Source: Rhynchopus sp. YZ270_cl-10 (Eukaryota). Taken from it: DNA of 64,000 nt. The translations under genes and the position numbers were made by a program. Below, in pieces: positions 12,134-23,791 of this stretch. Location of the stretch: positions 372,001 through 436,000 of the forward strand of contig OZ037838.1 in the NCBI GenBank assembly GCA_964035575.1, given 5' to 3'. Every line of letters starts with the position of its first letter. The stretch's first letter is position 1. The notes under the pieces were generated by a model that saw nothing but the letters and a program-made list of their open reading frames with translations, was not told where the DNA came from and ran no database searches.

Positions 12134-13243
12134 TCACTCACTGTTGTGTGGGTACAGATGCCTTGTCACAATGAGGCCAGGTGGCATCGCCACAACGACA
12201 CGTGAACACGGCGATATCTCAAACCATGAACGGTCGCATGGTATTACACGCACACAGGACATGGTCGCCACATCATACTGGTGCAGCTCATCTTCTCTAA
12301 CATAGTCATAAAGCATGACCCCCACCACAAGGTACTTCCCACACGGGGTGAACTGTATTCCCTGTACATCCTCCACATCAATGATGCCCAGCGCCACACC
12401 ACTCCAATCATAGAGATGCACGCGGTGCATACTTTCAGAGCATACCACAGCAAAGACAGAGGCAGACCGTGAAAGCGCCACTTGTGCGCACCCCCACATC
12501 CCCTCCGCTGGCACACATGCCACAGCTTCTCCTGTGTTCACATCCCACAGACGTGCATTCTGCCCCACCCAGGAGGAGGTGACCACCCACCTGCCACAGT
12601 GCGACACTGCCGCTTTCGCACACCGGTCGTGTGAGAGAGAGCGGAGCAACGTCAGGTCTTCGTCATACACAGAGACGCCATCTTCGCCTCGTGAGAAAAC
12701 AGCACCACCACGCGCAAACACTGAGTGCGAGGAGCCGTCGACTTTGCGGACCACCTCCCCACCCGGAAGCGCAACCTCCAGAAGGCCTTCCTTGCATGCC
12801 AGGTAGCAGCGTGTCGTGCACTGCGAGATGGCAGGCGGACCACGCACACTATGGGGTATGTTGAACTCAAAGACACGGGAAAAGGTTTCTGTCTCCAAAC
12901 CAACAACATTCTTATCACAAACATAGATGCAGAGCGTTCCACAACGCGACAGCGAGATCCTTGAGTTCTTCGATGACGGCTTAAGTTTCTGCTCAGCAGG
13001 ACACTTGATGTCGGCTAAGCGAGGGCGGGCAAGCACAACCTGCACCCCTGCATCAAACGCAGTGTCCTGCAGACGGCACGTCCCCTCCAGCACCTGCGTG
13101 CCGATGCGCATCTCGACAGACGCAGGCGAGACAGCAAGCGCCGTGCACGCAACCTCCTTTGCCGCTGCAACGTCCGCCTCGCACGGCACCTCCACTGTCG
13201 CAGTCACGCCTGACTCTTCCAGCACAAAGGTCACATCCATCAT
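12134..13243 (-). CDS. UBL-WD40 propeller family, copy 2
   Basis: Intact paralog with the same architecture. Confidence 0.9.
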   Translation of the reverse strand: MMDVTFVLEESGVTATVEVPCEADVAAAKEVACTALAVSPASVEMRIGTQVLEGTCRLQDTAFDAGVQVVLARPRLADIKCPAEQKLKPSSKNSRISLSRCGTLCIYVCDKNVVGLETETFSRVFEFNIPHSVRGPPAISQCTTRCYLACKEGLLEVALPGGEVVRKVDGSSHSVFARGGAVFSRGEDGVSVYDEDLTLLRSLSHDRCAKAAVSHCGRWVVTSSWVGQNARLWDVNTGEAVACVPAEGMWGCAQVALSRSASVFAVVCSESMHRVHLYDWSGVALGIIDVEDVQGIQFTPCGKYLVVGVMLYDYVREDELHQYDVATMSCVRVIPCDRSWFEISPCSRVVVAMPPGLIVTRHLYPHNSE

Positions 13244-13891
13244 ATTGTTAAGGGGTCTGTTGTGTTTGATGTGATGGTTGGTGGTGTCACTTCGCAACGA
13301 CAAATAAGAAGGTTGGTGGGTTAAATACGTGTTACAACAAACTCTGACAAAGCAAGAAATTTGAAGATACCCTGCGGCAAACACACAGTCATTGTGGCTT
13401 GCCAAAGATCGTGGGGTGGAATGATTCTTTTCTGGGGTTGTCGTCGAATTGATTTTCTTGACACGATTGTGGCCAAAGTATACATGATGATATGATCGTG
13501 TTGTTGTTTGGCTAAGTGGTGCAGAAGGAACAGGATGAGGATGTCAGGCAGTGCAGCTACCTCAGATGCTGTGCGTTTGGCAAGTTGCAGCGTCTGTGCA
13601 TAACGTCCAGCTCAGGCGAAAAGAAGAGAAAGTGCAAAAAGAAGTGACTCGAGATACAATGCCTTGCCCTGGCAGTGTACCTTTTGGTGCGTGACCAGAA
13701 CACCGTGGGTGGACCCGCGGCTGATCCCCCTAGACATAGATGGCGTGCGAAGAGTTTTCTTTGCATTCTTCTTCGCATTCGGGGGGAAAGCTAAAAGGGG
13801 TTTCTTGGGGGTGTTTTGAGGGTATTGGGTTGTTTTGCTGGGTCCCTGGGGTATATTCATCACCACCCTCCCTCCCCTCCCTGGTCACACA

Positions 13892-14980
13892 TCACTCACT
13901 GTTGTGTGGGTACAGATGCCTTGTCACAATGACGCCATCAGGTTGCATAACCATGACAACACGTGAACACGGCGATATCGCAAATGTCCCATCCATGTCT
14001 TTCGGCTGCGGTTGCGGTATCACACGCACACAGGACATGGTCGCCACGTCGTACTGGTGCAGGAAAACATCGTCAACCACAAGGTACTTCCCACATGGTG
14101 TGAACTGCATGCCCTCGATACCTCCACCCACATCAACACTGCGAAGAGCCGCACCACTCCAATCAAAGAGGCGCACACTGACATCGCTCCCCACAGCAAA
14201 GACAGAAGCAGACCGTGAAAGCGCCACTGCATAGCACCACTCCTCATGCACACATGCCACACAAACCCCTGTGTTCACATCCCACAGACGTATGTTCTTC
14301 TCCTCCCAGGAGGAGGTGATCACCCACCCACCACAGTCCGACAGTACCATGTACGTGCACCCTCCGTGCGAGAGAGAGCGGAGCAACGTCAGGTCTTCGT
14401 CATACACAGAGACGCCGCCTTTGCCTTTGCCTTGGGAAACAACAACACCGCCACACGCGAACACTGAGAACGAAGGGCCGTCGACTTTGCGGAGCACCTC
14501 CCCACCCGGAAGCGCAACCTCGAGAAGGCCTTCCTTGCACGCCAGGTAGCAGCGTGTCTTGCACTGCGAGATGGCAGGCGCACCGTGCACACTATGGGGT
14601 ATGTTGAACTCAAAGACACGGGCAAAGGTTTCTGTGTCGAAACCGACAACATTCCCACCACAAACATAGACGCAGAGCGTTCCACAACGCGACAGCGAGA
14701 ACACTACGTCCGTCAATATTGTTAATTTCTGCTCAGCAGGACACTTGATGTTGGCAAAGCGGCGGGCAAGCACAACCTGCACCCCTGCATCAAACGCAGT
14801 GTCCTGCAGACGGCACGTCCCCTCCAGCACCTGCGTGCCGATGCGCATCTCGACAGACGCAGGCGAGACAGCAAGCGCCGTGCACGCAACCTCCTTTGCC
14901 GCTGCAACGTCCGCCTCGCACGGCACCTCCACTGTCGCAGTCACGCCTGACTCTTCCAGCACAAAGGTCACATCCATCAT
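13892..14980 (-). CDS. UBL-WD40 propeller family, copy 3
   Basis: Intact paralog. 5' flank shared with the copy at 42458-43546. Confidence 0.9.
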   Translation of the reverse strand: MMDVTFVLEESGVTATVEVPCEADVAAAKEVACTALAVSPASVEMRIGTQVLEGTCRLQDTAFDAGVQVVLARRFANIKCPAEQKLTILTDVVFSLSRCGTLCVYVCGGNVVGFDTETFARVFEFNIPHSVHGAPAISQCKTRCYLACKEGLLEVALPGGEVLRKVDGPSFSVFACGGVVVSQGKGKGGVSVYDEDLTLLRSLSHGGCTYMVLSDCGGWVITSSWEEKNIRLWDVNTGVCVACVHEEWCYAVALSRSASVFAVGSDVSVRLFDWSGAALRSVDVGGGIEGMQFTPCGKYLVVDDVFLHQYDVATMSCVRVIPQPQPKDMDGTFAISPCSRVVMVMQPDGVIVTRHLYPHNSE

Positions 14981-15547
14981 TGTTTCAAGAGCTGTGTTGG
15001 TGGAATGCAATATAATGTTCTGTTTGGTGGACAGTTGAAGGAGCTGAGAGGGTGGACACGTGGAAAGAGGGGACGAGGGATGGGGGTCGTTGTTTTGGGT
15101 TGGGGTAAGTGCTGGGGTACAGGTTTTATAGTCCCCTTTGTAAACCACATTGTTTTGTTCTTCCTTTTTGCTTTCAACCTTTTTTATTCATTTACTTTTT
15201 TGTTGTTTGGGAGACACGCCCTACGTATCGGTTCTGTGGAAAGACCAGCACGGAACCACCTGTGTGCTGCCCCTTTTCATGTCTATCCATGGAAACTGTA
15301 TCACAAGTGATACCGGGCACATCTCTGTGTGGAGGGTGACGAGGGCGGCCTGGCGGGAGGCAATGTGGTGTTCGGCTGCGACAAGGTGGTCTGCGGTGTC
15401 TTGCTCGTGGATGCAGATCTGCCATCACTGGATAGGTGTGTGGTGGCAAGACGCAGGCTTCTGTTGACGACACCAGTTCTTGCGCCTCCACGGAATACAA
15501 GGGGGCAAGTCACCACACCCATTTCACATGGTGGCAAAGCATGAACA

Positions 15548-16684
15548 TCACTCGTTGTGGGGGTACAGATGTCTTGTCGCAATAGTGGTGCGTTCGCGTG
15601 ATACAAACACAACCACACGCGAACACGGTGATACCACAAATGATTGACCCTTGAGACCAGGAATCACAAGTGCACAGGACATGGTCGCCACATCATACTG
15701 GTGCAGCTCTGAATATGTGGTTCCATCGTCAGTATGCTTGTGGACACGGACCACAAGGTACTTCCCACAGTGGGTTAATTGCACGCCAACCACACGTCCA
15801 GAGATGGCGGCGTTCTGAAGAGCCGCACCACTCCAGTCGTAGAGCTGCACACTCGCTGCTTCGTCCACATTGTCCACCACAGCAAAGACAGCAGAACTTG
15901 GAAGAGCCTCACACCGTCCATCCGTAGGTACACATGCCACAGCTTCACCTGTGTTCACATCCCACAGACGTACATTCTTCTCACCGATGGAGGAGGTGAT
16001 GACCCACCCACCACAGTGCGATGCCACCACCCCGCTGCACCCTTCGTGCGAGAGAGAGCGGAGCAACGTCAGGTCTTCGTCATACACAGAGATGCTCCCT
16101 CGGATACGAGAGACAACAACACCGCCACACGCAAACACTTGAATCGAGCTGTCGACTTTGCGGAGCACCTCCCCACCCGGAAGCGCAACCTCATGCAGAC
16201 CTTCCCTGCCCGCCAGGTAGCAGCGTGTCTTGCACCGTGAGATGGCAGGCGCACCGCACACCTCAATGTCTACTTTGAACCTGAAGGCAGGGCTGAAGGT
16301 TTCTGTATCGAGGCCGGTGACATATCCTGCCTTCTGTACATAGAGAGCCTGTGTAAGGAGGCAGAGTGCTCCACAGGGAGACAGCGATAAATGATTAACA
16401 TTCATCGGATGCCTAACAGATAGCACCTCTACACTGTACTCAGCAGGACACTTGATGTCAGCAAAGCGGCGGGCAAGCACAACCTGCACCCCTGAATCAA
16501 ACGCAGTGTCCTGCAGACGGCACGTCCCCTCCAGCACCTGCGTGCCGATGCGCATCTCGACAGACGCAGGCGAGACAGCAAGCGCCGTGCACGCAACCTC
16601 CTTTGCCGCTGCAACGTCCGCCTCGCACGGCACCTCCACTGTCGCAGTCACGCCTGACTCTTCCAGCACAAAGGTCACATCCAT
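15548..16684 (-). CDS. UBL-WD40 propeller family, copy 4
   Basis: Intact paralog, LSPCGALCL subfamily. Confidence 0.9.
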   Translation of the reverse strand: MDVTFVLEESGVTATVEVPCEADVAAAKEVACTALAVSPASVEMRIGTQVLEGTCRLQDTAFDSGVQVVLARRFADIKCPAEYSVEVLSVRHPMNVNHLSLSPCGALCLLTQALYVQKAGYVTGLDTETFSPAFRFKVDIEVCGAPAISRCKTRCYLAGREGLHEVALPGGEVLRKVDSSIQVFACGGVVVSRIRGSISVYDEDLTLLRSLSHEGCSGVVASHCGGWVITSSIGEKNVRLWDVNTGEAVACVPTDGRCEALPSSAVFAVVDNVDEAASVQLYDWSGAALQNAAISGRVVGVQLTHCGKYLVVRVHKHTDDGTTYSELHQYDVATMSCALVIPGLKGQSFVVSPCSRVVVFVSRERTTIATRHLYPHNE

Positions 16685-16798
16685 TGTTTTCTTCAGGGCC
16701 TGTTGTGTTTGATGTGATGTATCCTCCCTGACTTCGCAACTCGAGTGTTCAGGTCAACGACATTCATAAAGAATGGGAAGGCAACACTGCTCACATTG

Positions 16799-17408
16799 AT
16801 ATGGGTCGATTTCAAAACCCCCCCCCCCCCCAAAAGTTCTTTTTTGTCTTTTTCATGATATAGGCAGTTTTTTTGCAGTCTGAGGTCCGGAACCGCCCCA
16901 AAAACGATTTTCTGGGAGGTTTTGGGTGGTTTTGGGGCGAAATGGACCTTTTTTGACCATTTTTATGGTATTTTTAGGCTGTTTTTGGCCCTTCTTCTTA
17001 CACAGCCTATTGGGGGTCAAAATAGCTATTTTTGACCAAAAAACATCAAATAAGCACCAAGAAAAGTGCCAAATGTGCCCAAAACAGGTCGGATTGGGCT
17101 CACAGCCCATTTTTGGGATATATTTGGGCCAACGGAGGCCTCCTGGCGTCAAATAAATTGTGTTTTTTGGTCAAAAATAGCTATTTTGACCCCCAATAGG
17201 CTGTGTAAGAAGAAGGGCCAAAAACAGCCTAAAAATACCATAAAAATGGTCAAAAAAGGTCCATTTCGCCCCAAAACCACCCAAAACCTCCCAGAAAATC
17301 GTTTTTGGGGCGGTTCCGGACCTCAGACTGCAAAAAAACTGCCTATATCATGAAAAAGACAAAAAAGAACTTTTGGGGGGGGGGGGGGGTTTTGAAATCG
17401 ACCCATAT
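16799..17408. mobile_element. Foldback/MITE-like element with ~247 bp inverted arms
   Basis: Arms 16799-17045 and 17161-17408 are near-perfect reverse complements with a ~115 bp spacer. Ends read atat|gggtcg...cgaccc|atat. Confidence 0.85.
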
Positions 17409-17770
17409 GGAAGCCTCCGATAAGCAACCCAGGCACACCTCCCTGACGTTCCCTGACCCTCCCTACCAACAGACCAGGCAAGAGCGCGTCGTAGACGTCT
17501 GCCCCTAAGTACGGCATGCGAGGGCAGCTGTCCTATGATGTCCTCATGATCCTTGCTCTCGCAGCATTGCAGAGAGGCGGTGAAACTCGCCATAGTCGCG
17601 TCAAAACCTAGAATAGGTTCACTCGAGGAGCAGCAGACTCAGCACGTTTGCTCCACCGTTAACGTGTGGGGAGTCAGGAAGGGGGTCGGGGTGCGAACTC
17701 AGGTGGGCAAAACTAAGGTGGGTTGGGTATGTGGGGAGTGCGGGGGGTAAAGTAATATTGTTTGTTTGGG

Positions 17771-18868
17771 CTATTGTGTGGGGTACAGAGGTCTCGTTAC
17801 GATTCTGTTGCTTTCGGGCGACGCCAGCACAACAACACGTGAGCACGGTGATATCGCAAACGATGAACTGCCATAACCTGGGATCACGTGCACACAGGAC
17901 ATGGTCGCCACATCATACTGGTGCAGGTGTGTATCGCAACCATCTGCGTCATAAGCTTCCACAACATGCACCTCGACCACAAGGTACTTCCCACACGGGG
18001 TGAACTGCATGCCCGCTACATCCCCACCCACATCAACACTGCGAAGAGCAGCACCACTCCAATCATAGAGGTGCACGGTGTTAGAGGACCGCACAGCGAA
18101 GACAGAGGCAGACCGTGAAAGCGCCACTACACACCACCTACCCGCAGGCACACATGCCACAGCTTCACCTGTGTTCACATCCCACAGACGTACGTTCTTC
18201 TCCTTGTTGGAGGAGGTGATCACCCACCCACCACAGTCCGACAGGGCCACACACCAGCACCCTTTGTGCGAGAGAGAGCGGAGCAACGTCAGGTCTTCGT
18301 CATACACAGAGACGCCGTCTTCACACCATGAGACAACGACACCACCACACGCTAGCACTACTCTCCAAGTGCTGTCAAGTTTGCGGAGCACCTCACCACC
18401 CGGAAGTGCAACCTTGCGTATGTCTGACTCGCACGCCAGGTAGCAGCGTGTCTTGCACTGCGAGATGGCAGCCGGACCGGACACTTCCGTATCCACTTCG
18501 AACGAGAAGACAGTGTCGAAGGTTTCTGTGTCGAAGCCACCAACACCACCGGTCCAGTTACTATGTACGCAGAGCGTTCCACAACGCGACAGCGACAAGC
18601 ATTCCGGATATGCGTCGTACTCAGCAGGACACTTGATGTCGGCAAAATAGCGGGCAAGCACAACCTGCACCCCTGCATCAAACGCAGTGTCCTGCAGACG
18701 GCACGTCCCCTCCAGCACCTGCGTGCCGATGCGCATCTCGACAGACGCAGGCGAGACAGCAAGCGCCGTGCACGCAACCTCCTTTGCCGCTGCAACGTTC
18801 GCCTCGCACGGCACCTCCACTGTCGCAGTCACGCCTGACTCTTCCAGCACAAAGGTCACATCCATCAT
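17771..18868 (-). CDS. UBL-WD40 propeller family, copy 5
   Basis: Intact paralog. Confidence 0.9.
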   Translation of the reverse strand: MMDVTFVLEESGVTATVEVPCEANVAAAKEVACTALAVSPASVEMRIGTQVLEGTCRLQDTAFDAGVQVVLARYFADIKCPAEYDAYPECLSLSRCGTLCVHSNWTGGVGGFDTETFDTVFSFEVDTEVSGPAAISQCKTRCYLACESDIRKVALPGGEVLRKLDSTWRVVLACGGVVVSWCEDGVSVYDEDLTLLRSLSHKGCWCVALSDCGGWVITSSNKEKNVRLWDVNTGEAVACVPAGRWCVVALSRSASVFAVRSSNTVHLYDWSGAALRSVDVGGDVAGMQFTPCGKYLVVEVHVVEAYDADGCDTHLHQYDVATMSCVHVIPGYGSSSFAISPCSRVVVLASPESNRIVTRPLYPTQ

Positions 18869-19128
18869 ATTGTTGAGGGCTCTGTTGTGTTTGATGTGAT
18901 GGTTGGTGGTGTCACTTCGCAACAACAAATAAGAAGGTTGGTGGGTTAAATACGTGTTGCAACAAACTCTGACAAAGCAAGCAATTCGAAGATACCCTGC
19001 GGCAAACACACAGGAGTGAGGTGTGTGAGGTGGGCGACCTGTGCCAGGCTAACAAGAGGGGTGCTTTTGAGGGTAGTGAGTTTTTTCGCTGGGACCCTGG
19101 CTACATTCATCGCTCCCCTGGTCACACA

Positions 19129-20250
19129 TCACTCACTGTTGTGTGGATACAGATGCCTTGTCACAATGACGCCACCTGGTTGCATCGCCATGACAACGCG
19201 TGAACACGGCGATATCGCAAAGGACCCTCCAAATGTTTGCGGTATCACATCCACACGGGACATGGTCGCCACATCATACTGGTGCAAGTAAAAGTTGTGC
19301 GCGTCCCTAGATTCCGCAACCTCTACCCTCACCACAAGGTACTTCCCACACGGGGTGAACTGCATGCCCTTGATGTCCTCGACTTCCCCACCCACATCAA
19401 CACTGCGAAGAGCCGCACCACTCCAATCATAGAGGTGCACGGTGTTTTGTTCCTCCACCACAGCAAAGACAGAGGCAGACCGTGAAAGCGCCACCTCCCA
19501 ACATCTGCCTGCCTGCATACATACCACAGCTTCACCTGTGTTCACATCCCACAGACGTACGTTCTTCTCCTTCCTGGAGGAGGTGATCACCCACCCACCA
19601 CAGTCCGACACTGCTGGTTTGCCACACACCAGGTGCGAGAGAGGGCAGAGCAACGTCAGGTCTTCGTCATACACAGAGACGCCGTCTGTGCCCTGCGAGA
19701 CAACAACACCACCACACGCGAACACTGAGTACGAGATGCTGTCGACTTTGCGGACCACCTCCCCACCCGGAAGCGCAACCACAAGAAGGTGATGCTCACA
19801 CGCCAGGTAGCAGCGTGTCTTGCACTGCGAGATGGCAGGCGCACCGTACGCACTATGGGGTATGTTGAACTCAAAGACACGGGCAAAGGTTTCTGTGTCG
19901 AAACCGGCAACAACATTACCATCATAAACAGAGACGCAGAGCGTTCCACAACGCGACAGCGAAATCTTTTCGGTTATCGATTCCCTCTTGAAATTGAACC
20001 GAGCAGGACACTTGATGTTGGCAAAGCGAGGACAGGCAAGCACAACCTGCACCCCTGCACCAAACGCAGTGTCCTGCAGACGGCACGTCCCCTCCAGCAC
20101 CTGCGTGCCGATGCGCATCTCGACAGACGCAGGCGAGACAGCAAGCGCCGTGCACGCAACCTCCTTTGCCGCTGCAACGTCCGCCTCGCACGGCACCTCC
20201 ACTGTCGCAGTCACGCCTGACTCTTCCAGCACAAAGGTCACATCCATCAT
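19129..20250 (-). CDS. UBL-WD40 propeller family, copy 6
   Basis: Intact paralog. Confidence 0.9.
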   Translation of the reverse strand: MMDVTFVLEESGVTATVEVPCEADVAAAKEVACTALAVSPASVEMRIGTQVLEGTCRLQDTAFGAGVQVVLACPRFANIKCPARFNFKRESITEKISLSRCGTLCVSVYDGNVVAGFDTETFARVFEFNIPHSAYGAPAISQCKTRCYLACEHHLLVVALPGGEVVRKVDSISYSVFACGGVVVSQGTDGVSVYDEDLTLLCPLSHLVCGKPAVSDCGGWVITSSRKEKNVRLWDVNTGEAVVCMQAGRCWEVALSRSASVFAVVEEQNTVHLYDWSGAALRSVDVGGEVEDIKGMQFTPCGKYLVVRVEVAESRDAHNFYLHQYDVATMSRVDVIPQTFGGSFAISPCSRVVMAMQPGGVIVTRHLYPHNSE

Positions 20251-20892
20251 ATTGTTGAGGGCTCTGTTGTGTTTTATGTGATGGTTGGTGGTCACTTCGC
20301 AACGACAAATAAGAAGGTTGGTGGGTTAAATACGTGTTTCAACAAACTCTGACAAAGCAAGCAATTTGAAGATACCTACTGAAAAGAGTCTCTCTTCTTG
20401 CTTGTGCGCAACAGACGAACGTGACAACACTCGCCACGACTGCAAAGGCAAAATAGGGACACAAACGTTTCACTGAAGGAATCCACAGTTGCTACATCTC
20501 ACTGGGGAAGCACTTCTGCGATACCTTCGGTGCTGCACTACACAAGACTGCAGACCACAGCTATGTGCACATCCTGCACCAAACCCCACACAGAAGACCC
20601 GCTCCGCATCCTCAAGCAACGGCGGCAAAAGACTCTCCAAGAACACGAAGCTGGATGCGTTCCATATGAGTCCACGAAGCACACACTTGCCGTTCTCTTG
20701 CACGCACAGAGGCGTCTGACACTCCCTCAGCAACCCCCTTGCGCACACGCTGTTTCGACCGCCATTTCCGACCTTCGCTTCACACCGTTGGACATTCCGT
20801 TCCATTCACTTCACATCCGAATCCTCATGCATTTTCTCCTTCTTCTTTGACATGAGATGTCTTCCAGATGGTCCTTCATATGCGTATCCTCT

Positions 20893-21558
20893 CTACAGAT
20901 CGAACCGGTGCACCTGGTCCCCTGCCTTGAAGCATACTGAGGCAAATGAGAACTCTGCGGGCTTGCTCAGGGGTCTTGGTGTGGTGTGCGTGCAGGTGTT
21001 TGGCCGTGTTGCGATGGTGATGTGCGGTGTAGGGTCTTTGAAATACCTTCTGAAGCCGAGGCTGTGGAGTGCGGTGTCAGCTGCGTCGATGAGGGCAAGG
21101 ATGTGCTCAGAGCGTGACGTCACCACAGCGAACTCTGTTGTGCCTTCCTCATTCACAAATACGTCTTCATGCGTGAAGCTTGCATCAAACGGTGGAAACG
21201 GTGTGAACCCTGCTCCCAGCGCCTCCGCCACCTGCACGATGTCACCCTTGTTCATGTAGAGCTGGCGACTCAGCGAGACGTGTGGGTGTGCTATCGGCGT
21301 CCAGCCTTCCTCCACCGGGAAGGCGAGCTGCGGCACCTCCAGATACACAATGCCAGACCACATGCCCACCTGGTGTGCCTGGTGCCGTACGCGTGTCGCA
21401 GGTGCAGGTCCTGGTTCCAACGATCCGACAGTGTCCTGCGGTGCGGGCGGCACATCGCGTTTCCTCTTCCGTCGGCGCCGTTTCGCTAGCACCGTGTCGT
21501 CGGGTGGGGTCTCATGACCATCGTCACTGCCCGACCCATAAAGCGCAATGCCGTCCAT
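20893..21558 (-). CDS. USB1: U6 snRNA phosphodiesterase (2H phosphoesterase, Usb1/Mpn1 family), 221 aa
   Basis: RVRHQAHQVGMWSGIVYL matches the Usb1 R.R.F.H..GNW motif. Two catalytic motifs, HVSLSR and PHITIA, plus FVNEEGTTEF and a basic NLS-like stretch. The longer ORF in the track is a satellite artefact. Confidence 0.85.
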   Translation of the reverse strand: MDGIALYGSGSDDGHETPPDDTVLAKRRRRKRKRDVPPAPQDTVGSLEPGPAPATRVRHQAHQVGMWSGIVYLEVPQLAFPVEEGWTPIAHPHVSLSRQLYMNKGDIVQVAEALGAGFTPFPPFDASFTHEDVFVNEEGTTEFAVVTSRSEHILALIDAADTALHSLGFRRYFKDPTPHITIATRPNTCTHTTPRPLSKPAEFSFASVCFKAGDQVHRFDL

Positions 21559-21633
21559 CGAGGGGGTGTGATAAAGTGAACTGTGAAGAAGGTCAAGGTG
21601 GAGGGGGGATGAGCAGAGGATGATGAAGAAGAT

Positions 21634-22409
21634 TGTACTGTACTGTACTGTACTGTACTGTACTGTACTGTACTGTACTGTACTGTACTGTACTGTACTG
21701 TACTGTACTGTACTGTACTGTACTGTACTGTACTGTACTGTACTGTACTGTACTGTACTGTACTGTACTGTACTGTACTGTACTGTACTGTACTGTACTG
21801 TACTGTACTGTACTGTACTGTACTGTACTGTACTGTACTGTACTGTACTGTACTGTACTGTACTGTACTGTACTGTACTGTACTGTACTGTACTGTACTG
21901 TACTGTACTGTACTGTACTGTACTGTACTGTACTGTACTGTACTGTACTGTACTGTACTGTACTGTACTGTACTGTACTGTACTGTACTGTACTGTACTG
22001 TACTGTACTGTACTGTACTGTACTGTACTGTACTGTACTGTACTGTACTGTACTGTACTGTACTGTACTGTACTGTACTGTACTGTACTGTACTGTACTG
22101 TACTGTACTGTACTGTACTGTACTGTACTGTACTGTACTGTACTGTACTGTACTGTACTGTACTGTACTGTACTGTACTGTACTGTACTGTACTGTACTG
22201 TACTGTACTGTACTGTACTGTACTGTACTGTACTGTACTGTACTGTACTGTACTGTACTGTACTGTACTGTACTGTACTGTACTGTACTGTACTGTACTG
22301 TACTGTACTGTACTGTACTGTACTGTACTGTACTGTACTGTACTGTACTGTACTGTACTGTACTGTACTGTACTGTACTGTACTGTACTGTACTGTACTG
22401 TACTGTACT
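21634..22409. repeat. (TGTAC)n = (CAGTA)n satellite, ~155 units
   Basis: Perfect 5-mer tandem array starting ~75 bp upstream of the USB1 ATG. Confidence 0.99.
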
Positions 22410-22418
22410 CCCAATCCC

Positions 22419-22502
22419 CTGTGTATACTGTGTATACTGTGTATACTGTGTATACTGTGTATACTGTGTATACTGTGTATACTGTGTATACTGTGTATAC
22501 TG
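22419..22502. repeat. (CTGTGTATA)9 minisatellite
   Basis: Nine 9-mer units abutting a dispersed repeat also present at ~37803-37885, ~37980-38050 and inverted at ~53745-53825. Confidence 0.95.
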
Positions 22503-23135
22503 CGGAAATTGACCAAAAACGAGAACTTGTCCATTTCGGCAAATTGACCCCACTGGCCGGACGGATTCCGGAAATGCAAATGCAAGTATTTTGGTGTGAA
22601 CTGTGTATACTCTATGTACTGTACGCTACCACAGCACAGGACCTCATAAGCTCTCAGTAAGCTCTCACAGACTCTCACAGGCTCTCACAGCCTGTTACGT
22701 GTCTCACGGAGACGATCATAGATCACCCACCAAATAATCACAAAAACCAAAAAAAAATCACAAATATTACGCGCGGCGGGTAAGCTGGCGGATCATCTCG
22801 AGATCTACATCCCGACCCACCAGGTGCTGTACCGCCCCCCTTCTGAGAGAGTGGGACGTGAGTGTTTGACAGGTCTTCTTCAGCTCGTCCGAGATGACCT
22901 TGAGCACAAGCAAAGGGCAATGAAAGGGAAACAATGAGTAAAAGAACAAGACAGAAGAGCCAGTATTTATGTCTGAACTACACACGCAATTCCAATCATT
23001 CGAGCCGAATAATAAAACATGAAAAAAGCTCGTTGCAACCCCACTACGTTTCCACTGCGCTCTCACTACGTTCCCATTCCATTCGGTTTTCACTTACTTA
23101 ACGGATACTCGCATTTGAAGGTGCAAAGAAGGCTC

Positions 23136-23169
23136 CGTTCGGTTCAAAACATGCGTTTTGAACCGAACG
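23136..23169. other. Perfect hairpin, 15 bp stem and 4 nt loop
   Basis: cgttcggttcaaaac-atgc-gttttgaaccgaacg. Confidence 0.8.
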
Positions 23170-23791
23170 ACAACCCTCTCTGAATTCACGACATTTTTTC
23201 TCGACCCGATTAGTGGAGTAGATATTTATTATCTACCCCTGGTTACCCTACTGACGCATTTTCAAAAGAATGGGCGTTAGCAGATCGCCCTAGTGTAGTT
23301 TGCGGGAAAACGCGGATGCCTGCCACACACTATGCTTCAATGACCCTCCCTTCCTTTTCGATGTTGGAAAACACAAAAACAGGAAAGAGGATTTTATAGC
23401 AAGGGGCGGGTGTTCCATGGGGGAGGGTTTTGAGGCATGGGAAAATCGTTTGGGAACATTGCCTACCGGGGAAGAGAAGAAATTGACATTACTGTAGTTA
23501 TTAAGGCAGGAACCTCCGACTGACCCTCGTACGATGCCAGCCTCAGATGAAAGCACAAAAGTACGCTGCAGCCAACAGCAGAAGATGTAAGAGGAGACCT
23601 AACCAGACCTACCCGCACCGTAGTGTCAACAAGGGCGGTACACAACAGCTCGTCAGCCGGCGGCCACCTTCCGTTGAAGAGTTCTGAGCGTACAGGTACT
23701 GCAGTTCGCTGCACCCAACGCTTCATGAAATAGATAAGGCCGCCAGGCAGCCTTACCACAAAACCCAAAAAAAAACAACAACCAAAACCCT

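Noticed and set aside
20470..20850. Short ORFs downstream of USB1
   Set aside because: No recognisable motifs on either strand.
21486..22678. STVQY / LYCTV repeat ORFs and the 549 aa extension of USB1
   Set aside because: 5-mer satellite artefact. USB1 homology starts at the ATG at 21558.
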